A stretch of DNA of 64,000 nt from Corallochytrium limacisporum Hawaii (taxonomy: Eukaryota > Protista > Pluriformea). The position numbers and the translations under genes are program-made. Location: contig PDIP01000001.1 in NCBI GenBank assembly GCA_002811645.1, positions 124,001 through 188,000 on the forward strand. Reading direction: 5' to 3'. Below, in pieces: positions 52,201 through 62,201 of this stretch (position 1 is the stretch's first letter; the number at the start of each line of letters is the position of its first letter). The notes beneath the pieces are model-generated. The model ran no database searches. It saw only the letters and a program-made list of their open reading frames with translations, and was not told where the DNA came from.

Positions 52201-54016
52201 GGCTCTTTGCACCAGTGAACAGGATCTTGATCATGTCCTTAGTACTATTCCGCAACATGGCAACGTGGTCTTCATTGACGCTGTCCCGATTCTTCTCCAC
52301 AAAATCTGCCACTGTGTAGTCTACATCATTGGCGTAGTGTTTGATGATGAAGTTAGTTTCTGCACCCATGCGAGGCTGCATGAAGTGCTCCCGATCCTTA
52401 AGGTTGTTGGCCAACTTCTGAGCAAAACCTTTGTCAGTTCCACTGGGTAACTTGGATTCCTCATCCAACAATTGCAGGACACCAAGCCTACCTTCAATCA
52501 TTTCGATACAAGGCTGATTGTCGTAGAAGTCAATCTTGGAGAAATTGATTCCCTCTTTCTCATATTCCTTTTGTTCAAGCTTAAATATATGCATGTTGAA
52601 CATCTGCTGCAATTTCTCATTTGCATAGTTAATGCAAAACTGCTCGAAGCTATTGACCTTGAACGTTTCAAAGCCATAGATATCAAGGACACCGATGAAA
52701 CGATTAGATTGCTTTTCAGGCTTCAATGCCTTGTTGATCCGCCCGATAATCCAGTCGAACATTGTCTTGTATACGAACTTGACCAATGCATCCTTCGCAT
52801 CCAAAGCGTCTTTGTAGTTCAAATTCTTCTCCACCGTTTCACGGCCCGTTGAGATCCGTTTCTTACAAATCCATTTGCGAATCTGTGATGAATCGACTCC
52901 AAGGAGACGAGCTGCATGCAGCAGAGCCTCATCTTCTTCAAGAATGTTTACTGCATCATTGCGCTTTTCCTCCATGGCAATGTTCCCTATCCACAAAAGG
53001 CCAGCCAAGGTTTCGCAGAGCTGATAAATCTCTTCCTTTTCCATTCCAACGAACAGCAAGGCATCGTACGTCTTCTGGAATTCCTCAGCGTCGTCGACAC
53101 CTTCAATTTCTTCTGCCTCGCCCTGGTTTAGATAATACATAGCACTTGCTTCTCCAGGCAATCCGAAATCATCAAATTCCTCTGCGTAAGCCCCGTTTGC
53201 AGCAGAGAGCAGCTGGTAGTAGATATGGTAGTTCCGTTCTCCGAGCTGCTGACCACGAAGACGACTCAGTTCTAGCAGGTATGTCTTCATTCCAGCACCA
53301 GAGATTCGAAGTCTTTCATCAAAATTGATTTGCAAATACTTACCAAACCGACTACTGTTGTTGTTGCGCGTTGTCTTGGCATTGCCAAACGCTTCTGTGA
53401 TAGGGTTAGATGCAAGAACCTTCTTCTCGATCTGTACCTTGCTCGCGCCACCACCGACTTGAGCAAAGTACCTCATGACATACTTAGCACTCTCGGTCTT
53501 GCCTGCACCAGACTCACCACTGACGATAATGCTCTGGTCCTTCGACTGCATTTCCATGTCACGGAATGCGGCCTCTGCGACGGCGAAAACATGAGGTTCT
53601 AGCTCACCCAAACTCTTGCCCGTGTAGTTTCTCATAATGTTTTCCTCGTACAGTGGGAGGCGCTTGAACGGATTCACTGCCACCAGGACCACACCACTGT
53701 ATGTGTAGATCTGGTCAAAGCTGTAGCGGGTTGCCAATGTGTGCAGTACATCAGCTTCGTGTAGGTATGTCAACCCCGTAAGGTCATCGACACTTTCCAA
53801 AATGTCTGGATTCTTCAGCAAAGGCCACAGACTTTTCTTGTTAGCGTCTAGTTTAATCTGTACTTCTTCACCATCATCCTTTCTCTTGACTGTGACTTGG
53901 CTGCCATCAGCAGATTGGACCTCCGCAAGACACCAGACACTCTCGTTGTCTGGGATCCAGACTTCGGTTCCACTGCCAAAGGTGGACGGATCCCCGTCCA
54001 CAGCATTCGGTGGCAT
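49220..54016 (-). CDS. MYO5: Class V myosin heavy chain
   Basis: GESGAGKT P-loop, EAFGNAKTTRNNNSSRFGK, LDIYGFE, NSFEQFCINYANEKLQ, about 6 IQ motifs, coiled coil, C-terminal dilute-type globular tail. Confidence 0.95.
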   Translation of the reverse strand: MPPNAVDGDPSTFGSGTEVWIPDNESVWCLAEVQSADGSQVTVKRKDDGEEVQIKLDANKKSLWPLLKNPDILESVDDLTGLTYLHEADVLHTLATRYSFDQIYTYSGVVLVAVNPFKRLPLYEENIMRNYTGKSLGELEPHVFAVAEAAFRDMEMQSKDQSIIVSGESGAGKTESAKYVMRYFAQVGGGASKVQIEKKVLASNPITEAFGNAKTTRNNNSSRFGKYLQINFDERLRISGAGMKTYLLELSRLRGQQLGERNYHIYYQLLSAANGAYAEEFDDFGLPGEASAMYYLNQGEAEEIEGVDDAEEFQKTYDALLFVGMEKEEIYQLCETLAGLLWIGNIAMEEKRNDAVNILEEDEALLHAARLLGVDSSQIRKWICKKRISTGRETVEKNLNYKDALDAKDALVKFVYKTMFDWIIGRINKALKPEKQSNRFIGVLDIYGFETFKVNSFEQFCINYANEKLQQMFNMHIFKLEQKEYEKEGINFSKIDFYDNQPCIEMIEGRLGVLQLLDEESKLPSGTDKGFAQKLANNLKDREHFMQPRMGAETNFIIKHYANDVDYTVADFVEKNRDSVNEDHVAMLRNSTKDMIKILFTGAKSRRGTVSEAPKTAAAGGRGKKLTVSSQFSKSLTELYTTLGNTTPHFVRCIKPNQTKLPDDFQNLDVVEQLRACGVLETIRISAAGFPSRWTYGEFVDRYLVLGKQSALKKGDDQGNSQKILGGLFDEDEDVYQLGKTKIFFRAGKVGQLERMRTDKLNQAATLVTKTLHAAIKRSRYLRIRHATICLQAYARGKLGREYAQDLRENKAATRIQKTYRMYVVRKGYVNLRAATIAIQAMQRGRMARLEIMEARRGVAIVKLQRWWRVIRGRIAYARKIRNITIVQNLWRRKLARRELGRLRAEARSLDKVQEKVSGLEMKVVNLQQQLTRKSNELNDVTEELNVAEKDREHLKTRIQEIETAAAGEQGRAGELADALEDAQDEIKKLQSDLEQKSITLEAIEKANEELKAELEVVRMNEMRARRITSAPDSAAADAEVPEMNGEPKEKAMSQAVELLAAQKELEEVKKRLEEESAAGAALREDMKAMEDTQNAEVAAAVAGGAMTAAVAHKLTHLESQKNKAEEKYEEEKAEREKYQQRCTKLQNALVEARKSAPVGNSFDSKLKDEIIRLEEETLELRAEIERLNNDLQFKSHQTSATTNGEATGPLSLKGETNIKPHRLSREVSRIHSPVVEEPQANGWFEFHISDIDAIVEELVHKVRFPALPAESPGIVAHIIFMCIRFADDADNEDLCLEWASTVMSAIKKQASSNDANVMCFWLANLCRLRDDLKLFSGDDDHGNSRVQSQALKNIDLSDLRLLISSESTDIIRRIVHMYTEYMREMGATAIMEYASLDDGLKAREKPQSPRTILFLWDTLMTAMSENMVDTGIQSQIIDAVVEALSFELLHAFFLQSKFCTQNKALAIKLNLVEIKGWLGDHGMKNSERHLTKVDEACQVLQIPKTIENVNDIRDLAPGLTTAQIRKLITNFKPESTSEKVPMQVITSFKPQSPEQQVLYKDIPEINPVIPYEPSVPFFPTIDLPACFSEIKPLLKKR

Positions 54017-56270
54017 GATTTTGCTTCTTTAGAGCAGGTATCTGTTCCTGTTCTTGGTCAATTTCTTTATGTCATTACCTTTACTGCTGTAAACTCTAAG
54101 ATCTAGTGAATGTTATGGTGCTGTTTCTACTCGAGAGTTTGCAGTTCTCCAATTGGAATTCTAGTCACTTGAGTCTCTCGAATACCGTTCAAGGGGGCAG
54201 CGGTACTGTGAATGTCCTTCTGTCTCTACCTCCATTCTCTCTTTGTCTTTCCGTGTGAACACGACCGCCCTATCGGACGAGCAAAGGCATTGGGCCAAGC
54301 TGACTTTCACGACGGTGCTCTTTGTAACCTTCAAAGCAAGCTTAGGTATACGTAACGGTGGAGAGTCTCTGCGTGGGTCCGAGAAACCCCCCTCCTTATC
54401 ATTGGTCTCCACCGGACCGCAGCAGGAAAGAAGAGGAGCCGTGCTGCCGGTTGGGTTGCTGCTAGCACCCAGCCTGCCTTGGTGCTATCAAGAAAACCGG
54501 CGTGAGCCGACCTGAAAGTATAGGAACACGGGGAGAATTACGCATGATTTATTGAAGAACTTACACGGGAGGGGTCGAACACGGGATATATCTCCTTTGG
54601 ACTCGTGTTGAATTCCTGGTCGTTGGTTCCCATATATTTTGTATTGTATTTTCCCGCGGTGGCACCACCGAAGGGATTTACCAAACAAACAGCACTGCTA
54701 TATGCCCGCCTGCCCGGCAGCGGTGTGCCTCAACAAAGCACTCCTTCGACACGGATACCCTCGAACTCATGAGCAGTTTTTCTTGCGAAGAATGAATAAA
54801 TTCTGCCCATCCTCCACGTATCGATGTAACTATTGAACTCTTACGGAACTCTTACGGCAGTGTGCGCGCTTGCTTCTTCAGTGGGGAGGCTTGCTAAATG
54901 CGTGTTGTATCCAAAACCCGCGGCACCCACCGACTGGGCACACACAATGGCAGCATTGGCCATACAAGCAGGTGACTCGCATTCTTGTCTGCCCGTCACA
55001 CACACTCCCAAGCGCGGCGGCGGACAAGGCAACCAACCAACCCCGTGCTTTCCCCGCTGAGCTGAGAGAGAGTTGGCCATACGATTCTTTATACTGCGAA
55101 ACACCCGGCAGGATGGACACGCAATTACGAATGTTGCAGCCAATGATAGAAAACTGCTGCCGGTGTTGTGATTCTTTCGGCTCCTGGCCCTAATCTGTGA
55201 CCGAGCGGGTATGTACGGGTCCATACTATACTGAATGCACTACAATTTTGTGGCAAATCTCGTTGCCTGAACACTCCCCTGCTCTATGTGGTGTACTGCC
55301 ATCCATGAGAAGGGGCGAGCAAATGAAATCACACATCCAGGCCCCCTGCTGCTGCTGCGCTGGAGTACCGGGTTGATGTGGAAACATTTTACATAGTGGA
55401 ACAGCTAGACGAAAGATGAAAAATTGGCGTCCTTTTCCAAACACCCAGCAATATTCATTACGAAAAAAGGAAAGGGCATTCCCTGTGGGGGGTTGCTTCC
55501 TTCTTTTTGCTTGGGCTTTTTTTTTCGTTGTGGCCCCAAATGTCTTGCAATTTCGATTGCGTTACCGTTTACTGGGCAGCAATCCACGAACAGGTATCAT
55601 TCCCACTGAAATCATGAACCGAGGCACACTCCCCGTGCCTGTAGTGATTTGTGACGGTTCACAATTGACCCAAGGTATACCCCAGCCAATGAGGAGTCCA
55701 AGGACATTCTGCAATGTCCCAGTATGGACTTTGTGACAATAGAAACTTCTTTGCTGGGGTTGATAAACTCACACAGAACACTGCAAAAAAATTTCGTTTA
55801 CAGGTGATAGCGGAACCGGGGACTTTAAGCCTCCGGCCATGCAAATCCTTCCCTATACTTCTTACCTCAACACCAAATCACGTTTTTGTATTTTTTTTTT
55901 TTGATGCTCGTTGTTTGTCTCTAAGGGTGTGTAACTGTGGGGTCAGTAGGCTCATTGCGCACCGCTGCCGGCGCACCTGTTATATTTAGGTGCACCCCCC
56001 CCCCGGCAGGTCTTTGTGGGCAGTGGCCTTAGGGGGCTGTGGGCAGTGCCGGATCGAATGGGACAGCGCGTTCTCGCATTTCCGATTCCTTTTGCCCCAA
56101 AAGATTAAGAATTTCTATAGAAAATGTGTCATCGTGGCGGCTCATTGGCAATAAATTGGTCACCTCATCCAGAGACACTGGGCGTATTAGATCAATATTT
56201 TCCAATCCGTGATACGACCTAGTGTAGGTTATCAGTTTTTTCTAGCAACATGTTAAGGTGAGTTTCCCCT

Positions 56271-56383
56271 CCTACACACGCGGTACGTTTTGGCTCCCCT
56301 GACTTCGCCGAGTGGTCGGGCGGGTCAGGTGGGTGGGTTCCACAACCTGAAGAAATCCGTACCACTGCGTGGTTTGTCAGGCT
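56271..56383 (+). other. Candidate structured RNA element in RPF2 leader/first intron
   Basis: Nested complementary arms found by eye: CACGC-GGTACG (56277-56287) with CGTACC..GCGTG (56358-56371); CCTGAC with GTCAGG; CCGA with TCGG. Lies just downstream of a GTGAGT donor at 56258. Confidence 0.45.
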
Positions 56384-56477
56384 ACAGAAGGAACACTACT
56401 GTTAGAAAATGACGGGAAAAGAAGGCTTCGCTGAGCGTTCGATAGTTGGATTAGATCAACAAGTGTTTGGTGCAGTC

Positions 56478-57416
56478 ATGTCGGGAGCAAAGAGCCTGGC
56501 TGAAGCCGCGCAGCTGACGCTGGACGTGAGGAAGGCACGGGCAAAGACGAAGCGTGGTAGACGACTCTTGGAGGCTCGTGGACCTAAAGAGATTGAAGAT
56601 GTCAAGCATTGTCTGTTTATTAAGGGAGCGAAGGCCGGGAAGCAGCTCTCGGCTTTAATGCGGGATCTCTATTTGTACAAGAAACCGCACGGAATTTTGT
56701 ACAGTAAGAAGCATGAAATCCGTCCCTTCGAGGACGAAACACAGCTTCTGAAGTACATGGAGAGAGCAGATGCTCCTGCTTTCATTATGTTCAACCACCA
56801 GAAGAAGCGACCTGAGAATGTCATCATGGGCCGTTCCTTCAACTGGCAGTTGTACGATATGCTCGAATTCGGCGTAGAGAACATCAAGACCTTGGCAGAT
56901 TTTCCTGGGAGCAAGCCCCCATTGGGTAACAAGCCTCTGTTCCAATTTGTAGGTGATGAGTTCGAGAATAATGAGAAACACCGTATGCTTAAGAACATGA
57001 TCCTTGATATCTATCGTGGAGAGGAAGTGACATCTTTGGCTTTGCAAGGCTTGAGCCACATCTTCTGCTTGACTGCCTTTGACGAGAACAGGGTTATTTT
57101 CCAGACGATGAGGATTGTGTTGAAGAAGTCAGGAACGCGGATTCCTCGGGTTGAAGTAGAAAACATTGGCCCCAACTTTGACATTGTCTTCCGTCGCCAT
57201 CGCGTCGCGCCTGATGACCTAGCACGGGAGGCCCTTAAGCAACCTGCAAAGAAGTCTGCAGCTTCTCGGAAGAACAAGGAGGTTGACGCAATGGGTGCCG
57301 CTGCCGGCCGTCTGTATGTCAACAAGCAGAACCTTGGCAAGATGCAAACAAGGAAGATGAAGGGTTTGAAGCGCAAACATACCGAAGAAGACGACGCCAG
57401 TGATAATGAGGCATAA
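56478..57416 (+). CDS. RPF2: Ribosome production factor 2 (Brix domain)
   Basis: KTKRGRR.LEAR.PKEIE, LFIKG, IRPFED, HQKKRP, YDMLEFG, KPLF.F.G.F, PRVEVENIGP, QTRKMKGLK. Start uncertain (56409, 56478, or micro-exon at 56250). Confidence 0.96.
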   Translation: MSGAKSLAEAAQLTLDVRKARAKTKRGRRLLEARGPKEIEDVKHCLFIKGAKAGKQLSALMRDLYLYKKPHGILYSKKHEIRPFEDETQLLKYMERADAPAFIMFNHQKKRPENVIMGRSFNWQLYDMLEFGVENIKTLADFPGSKPPLGNKPLFQFVGDEFENNEKHRMLKNMILDIYRGEEVTSLALQGLSHIFCLTAFDENRVIFQTMRIVLKKSGTRIPRVEVENIGPNFDIVFRRHRVAPDDLAREALKQPAKKSAASRKNKEVDAMGAAAGRLYVNKQNLGKMQTRKMKGLKRKHTEEDDASDNEA

Positions 57417-57497
57417 GCTGTCATTGATTATCAAAGTAGTTACAATCATGTGATATTAAAGAAGTTCTCCGCACCTTATGTATTTTTCCTCTGCTCT

Positions 57498-58751
57498 TCA
57501 GCATTCCTTCCCGAATCCCTCAGTTTTGCTGGCATGCCCTTGGACTGCACTCGATGATTTCGAAGTACAATTCTCATCTTGAGCGGTGTGTTCCAATCTT
57601 GAAATCCGAATTTCTTCATTGATGCACAGGCGAAGTAGACGGGCACTATGAGCGCGGCCCCGCTCTCTCGCTGTACCGGCACGCAGACCGAGCGGAATAA
57701 GGTCGTCAACTATTCTCTCACAGAGTTCCATGACCGGAATATGACACAACATGTGAATTTTGGCCAAATGACTGACAAGATCGACCCAAACCCCTTCCAG
57801 TTCGGGACCAACAATGCCAAACAGGAGGTATAAAAGGTCCTCTGAGCGACCACTTCCGCGATCGTTCTCAGAGAAAAACGAATGCATTTCATCCAAGAAC
57901 GACGTCGGGAAGAACCCTGCACGTCCATTGCACTGCCGAAGGCAAAGACGAACAGCGCTTGCCATGTTGACGGGATCAAATCGGCGCTTGAAGTCATTTG
58001 CCCCAGATTCCATGCTTTCCGTCAAAGACACCAAAATGTGATGTGCTACTGGGGTCGGGCATTCAAGGCCATAGAAATTGTGATAGTGATTATCTGGTGT
58101 CAGAAAGATGGCCTCTTCAAGAGCATCCATCATTGGGCTGATCAAAGATGCGTATGCATGACTATCCAGCTGGTCACGGACTTCGATAGAATTTACAATA
58201 CTGCCATCCTCAGCGATCTGTGCAATGTCATCAACTTCCCGATCTTCGATGTGTTCATTTATGCTCAATTCATCAACTTCCACATCAGCACTGCCGATCC
58301 CCCCAAACGGATTTGTATGCGAAGCCACTAGTCGATCATCAGGACCCCGTTGGTCGCCCATGTCACTTTCTGACCGATCTCGGTTCAAGCCTTCCACCTC
58401 TACGTTCTGCGTATCCTTCTGCCGTGATACTGGTGACATTTCTCCGCGAATATGCCTCATATACATTTCCTTAGCATGAATCAAGGCGTTCTTGCTACAG
58501 TCATCCTCAGGGTTGATCACAGTCAATGAGATCGACGGAAGTGTACGCAGGATTTGGTTTCTTGCCGATGCTTTCTCAGCCCTGTGCTTCATTTCTTCCA
58601 GTTGGTGTTTAAGTACATCAGCCCTGGCCTTTCTCTGCTTTTCCTCATCATTTGATCGCCTTTGTTGGCGTGCTTCAATAGAATTGAGCTTTGCTCGCAC
58701 TTCCTCTAAGTCACGCTGGAGCACATCCTTCTCGTACGATGGGAAGTCCAT
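57498..58751 (-). CDS. Coiled-coil protein, Kizuna-like centrosomal protein
   Basis: N-terminal coiled coil ending AEKASARNQIL resembles the Kizuna N-terminus (EKKAHTRNQEYL, from memory); acidic linker and helical C-terminal domain. Coding status is solid, family tentative. Confidence 0.5.
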   Translation of the reverse strand: MDFPSYEKDVLQRDLEEVRAKLNSIEARQQRRSNDEEKQRKARADVLKHQLEEMKHRAEKASARNQILRTLPSISLTVINPEDDCSKNALIHAKEMYMRHIRGEMSPVSRQKDTQNVEVEGLNRDRSESDMGDQRGPDDRLVASHTNPFGGIGSADVEVDELSINEHIEDREVDDIAQIAEDGSIVNSIEVRDQLDSHAYASLISPMMDALEEAIFLTPDNHYHNFYGLECPTPVAHHILVSLTESMESGANDFKRRFDPVNMASAVRLCLRQCNGRAGFFPTSFLDEMHSFFSENDRGSGRSEDLLYLLFGIVGPELEGVWVDLVSHLAKIHMLCHIPVMELCERIVDDLIPLGLRAGTARERGRAHSARLLRLCINEEIRISRLEHTAQDENCTSKSSSAVQGHASKTEGFGKEC

Positions 58752-59152
58752 GACTAGGATACAAAAGTGGATTCCCAACAATTAAATTGCGACCCCTGCA
58801 CCTAATCATGGTGAAAAATTTGGAGTCGCTAGCTCCATATTATGGGTTATGCCGTTGAAGTGCGTGGTTGCGTTCGAGAAATACCATCTTTTACATTCGA
58901 GAGTCCCTACGGATTCCGGTTGCGCCGTGCGTGGTCGTCAGTGGTGAGGGGTTTGGTTGCTGGAAGGCGTAGAGCCGTTTTGCCTCGGGGAGGGACAATG
59001 GGGGGCTCTCGACCCCCTGCAGCAGAAACCCAGTGGAACATGCACCGAAACTTCGCCCATGTATTAGGTACTTCTAGAACAAAACCTGTCACTGTGCTTG
59101 GTTACAGAGCCATTATTCCATTGTCTCTTGGAGCATTCTGTGTTGAGTCATC

Positions 59153-60001
59153 ATGTTCAGGATCTCCTTTCTGCGTGGCTCTTTGCTCTTCCGACCGGGA
59201 AGAAACACGTGGGCCCGCCAGACTCGAACTTTTGTAGGCACTAGACGCCTGCGAGAAGAGAAGGGCAACTATACGGGAAACAAGGCCAGTGATTTTGCCA
59301 CAGGAAAAATTGAAGAGAAGTATGCAGAGAAGGTTAGCAGCAAGATCATTACGGACTGGAAGAAGACTACAGGCAAGCGGATCATGTACGGAGGGGTTGA
59401 CCTTCCAAAGCACGTGGCAGACAAGGATTCCAAGCCACCGGAGGAGGAGATCATCGCAGCGAAGATGATGAATGAGGCCCTTGCAGAACAGCCACCTTTG
59501 GACACAATTATGAATGTTTCTGCTGTCCAAGAGGAAGACTCAGAACAAATCGCAGCCCTGTGGCGCCTATATCACCGCGGCAAGGGTTTTGTTTGCGACG
59601 TCCTCAAGTCCGACCGTTGGCAGAAGGTCACTGATCACGCAGCACAGTCACCTCTCTTTGTCGTGCCATTGCCTCGGGGCACAGACGGAGAGCATGAGTT
59701 CCTGTACGTCCAATGGCGCGGATATCAGGTGGCAGTGACTACATTGGAGGAGATCAAGAAGAAAGGGGACCAGGCTGCTACTCTGTTCACTATTGACCAC
59801 TATCCTGAGTTCGCAGAGTCAAAGGGTATAGTCTTGACAAGAGTCCAGCTGCAGCAGAAAGGGGCACTTGATGATGTGGAGCAGAAATTGTGCCTGCGTC
59901 TGATTCATACTTACTATGGTAGTGATGACCTATACCGTCATGTACACAACTTCAACCACAATCCGAATGATTTTGACTATCGGATCTTCAATCAATCATA
60001 A
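59153..60001 (+). CDS. ATPAF1: Mitochondrial F1-ATPase assembly chaperone Atp11
   Basis: Presequence-like N-terminus, EKYAEK, LDTIM, I..LW..YH, PLFVVPLPR, HYPEFAESKGIVL, FNHNP.DFDY. Confidence 0.93.
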   Translation: MFRISFLRGSLLFRPGRNTWARQTRTFVGTRRLREEKGNYTGNKASDFATGKIEEKYAEKVSSKIITDWKKTTGKRIMYGGVDLPKHVADKDSKPPEEEIIAAKMMNEALAEQPPLDTIMNVSAVQEEDSEQIAALWRLYHRGKGFVCDVLKSDRWQKVTDHAAQSPLFVVPLPRGTDGEHEFLYVQWRGYQVAVTTLEEIKKKGDQAATLFTIDHYPEFAESKGIVLTRVQLQQKGALDDVEQKLCLRLIHTYYGSDDLYRHVHNFNHNPNDFDYRIFNQS

Positions 60002-60037
60002 AATTGTAATTTAGTATGTAATATTAGTCAACGTACT

Positions 60038-61357
60038 TCAATTGCGGCCCTTGCCCTTCTTGTGTTTGTCGAGACGCTTTGCTGCAATTGCACCCATGTC
60101 CTCATTACCACCGCGCTTGCGCTTATTGTTTACCCCTTTCTCCTTCATCTCCAGAGTGGCATAGCGCTGAGCCTCCCCAACCCTTTCCTGGAGGAGCATG
60201 ACCTCATCTTCCTCAGTTGGGAATGCGGTCATTTTCTTCCCCACGACATGCTCAATCTTCTGCAAGAGCTCTACATCGTATTGGGTGACCATGGTGATTG
60301 ACCGCCCAGATCGTCCAGCACGAGCTGTACGGCCCACGCGATGGATGTAGTCCTTAGAGTTGGCCGGAACGTCGTAATTGATGACAATGTCCACATGGGG
60401 AATGTCGAGACCACGACTCGCAACATCGGTGGCTATAAGGACACTCTTGCTCAGGCTCTTAAACCTCTGCAATGCACCAATGCGCTTTGCCTGAGTCATT
60501 TGTCCGTGCAGGGGAACGGCTGGAAATCCGAGATGTTGAAGAATCAGCGCCGTTTTTTGTACGCCTGCACATGTGCTTGCAAAAATAATGATGGAGTTCC
60601 CAGCGAGTTCGTTGACAGCGTATGTCAGGTAGATTTCTTTGTACTTTGCCGGAATGAACATATAGTTCTGTACGAGCGTATCAACCGTCTTGTACTTGGA
60701 GGAAACTTCCACTTTGATCGGATCCCGCAAAGAGGCTCTTTGTAGCTTTTGCACCTTTGAGGTCATCGTCGCTGAAAATAGGAAGGTTGTCCTCTCACGA
60801 GGAATGATCTTCAGCAACTTGTCAATCTCCTCTTCGAAGTCCATATTCAGCATCTTATCCGCTTCGTCCATGACAAGGAATTTGAGATGTTTCAAACTGA
60901 ACCCCTTTGTGTTTTCTAGGTGGTCAATGATACGACCAGGGGTTGCAACGATGATGTGGGGCCGCTTGCTTAGCGCCAGCGCTTGTGCAACCCGATCAAC
61001 ACCTCCCATAACCACAGCCGATTTTACTGCCATTGGTCGTCCCAAAGCTTCCACAGTTTCATGGATCTGGATGGCCAGCTCACGTGTTGGGGCAATAATC
61101 AATGCATACAAGGGTCGTGCGTCATTTAGCAAATGGTGAAGAATGGGCATAACAAAGGCACCAGTCTTTCCCGAACCCGTCTCTGCTAAACCAATCACAT
61201 CCTTGCCAGTAAGCGCAAGCGGAATTGTCTCCTTTTGGATTTGTGTTGGTGCCTTCCATTTTAACGTGGCTGCAGCATCGCAAATAGGTTCTGCAAGGCC
61301 TAAATCATTGAAGGTGGCGGCCGTGCCGGCCATTTCTTTCTCGTTTTCTTTCGTCAT
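60038..61357 (-). CDS. DDX47: DEAD-box RNA helicase DDX47/Rrp3
   Basis: [74 protein letters not shown]. Confidence 0.97.
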   Translation of the reverse strand: MTKENEKEMAGTAATFNDLGLAEPICDAAATLKWKAPTQIQKETIPLALTGKDVIGLAETGSGKTGAFVMPILHHLLNDARPLYALIIAPTRELAIQIHETVEALGRPMAVKSAVVMGGVDRVAQALALSKRPHIIVATPGRIIDHLENTKGFSLKHLKFLVMDEADKMLNMDFEEEIDKLLKIIPRERTTFLFSATMTSKVQKLQRASLRDPIKVEVSSKYKTVDTLVQNYMFIPAKYKEIYLTYAVNELAGNSIIIFASTCAGVQKTALILQHLGFPAVPLHGQMTQAKRIGALQRFKSLSKSVLIATDVASRGLDIPHVDIVINYDVPANSKDYIHRVGRTARAGRSGRSITMVTQYDVELLQKIEHVVGKKMTAFPTEEDEVMLLQERVGEAQRYATLEMKEKGVNNKRKRGGNEDMGAIAAKRLDKHKKGKGRN

Positions 61358-62201
61358 ATTAACTTTGTCTGAACGAGAAGTATTTCAGTGTACCGCTCCC
61401 ACAGTGCAGATTTAATGTTACGGCCCTAGGGGAGCTTCTGAGGGATTGACTAGACTCGTACACTTTTCTAATACCCATGGAACTTTGAAATAAGTGGAAG
61501 GTATTGCAGTGCTAACCATCTTCATGTTCCAAAACTTTGCTCTTCTAGCACACAACCTGTGTGGGCTAGACCAGCGCCGTGCGCTCGGCGATGCCCCCCT
61601 CTCCCCCTCACGCGGGAGAGGCACCGACCCTGTGAGGCGGGTCTTTGCGGTGTGTAAATCAATATGGTGGGAAGATAATACATTTTGCACCGAATTTCGG
61701 TAAGCGTCGCCGGCCCTATGATTTCCAACGAAATGCAAGGTTAAACCCTTACATCACGCAGAAATTATCATTGGAGCCCCATCGGTTTTGGACTCTCGCT
61801 GTCTGAGCTTTGGGAGAATGAAAATCGGGTCTGAGTGAGGGAGTTCCCCGTACAACTCTAGTGTCTGGCGGCGTGCCTACATTCTCCATCCCCTCCGCCT
61901 TTCGTGCGCAGGACCGTCAGGAGGTGCGCTGCATTGGGTGTGCGCGCTGACTTGAACCCGTCAAAGGGCCAGCCGATGTCCTGCGGGAGAGATATAGTAG
62001 GCCATTGGTAGACGGGTGCGAGTACCCAAAAACCAGGGAGAGGACCCATTCGTCGGCTCCATCTAGCTTGTGTGTCCGTGCTCCACACCCCAGGTACAAA
62101 CGAAGATAACATGCCGGAATTATGCCACTGAATTGGCGTCATAGCGGTGCAACTCACGAGCAGTTCACAGAGGAAGGAATTTCGATCTCAGACTTTCAGT
62201 C

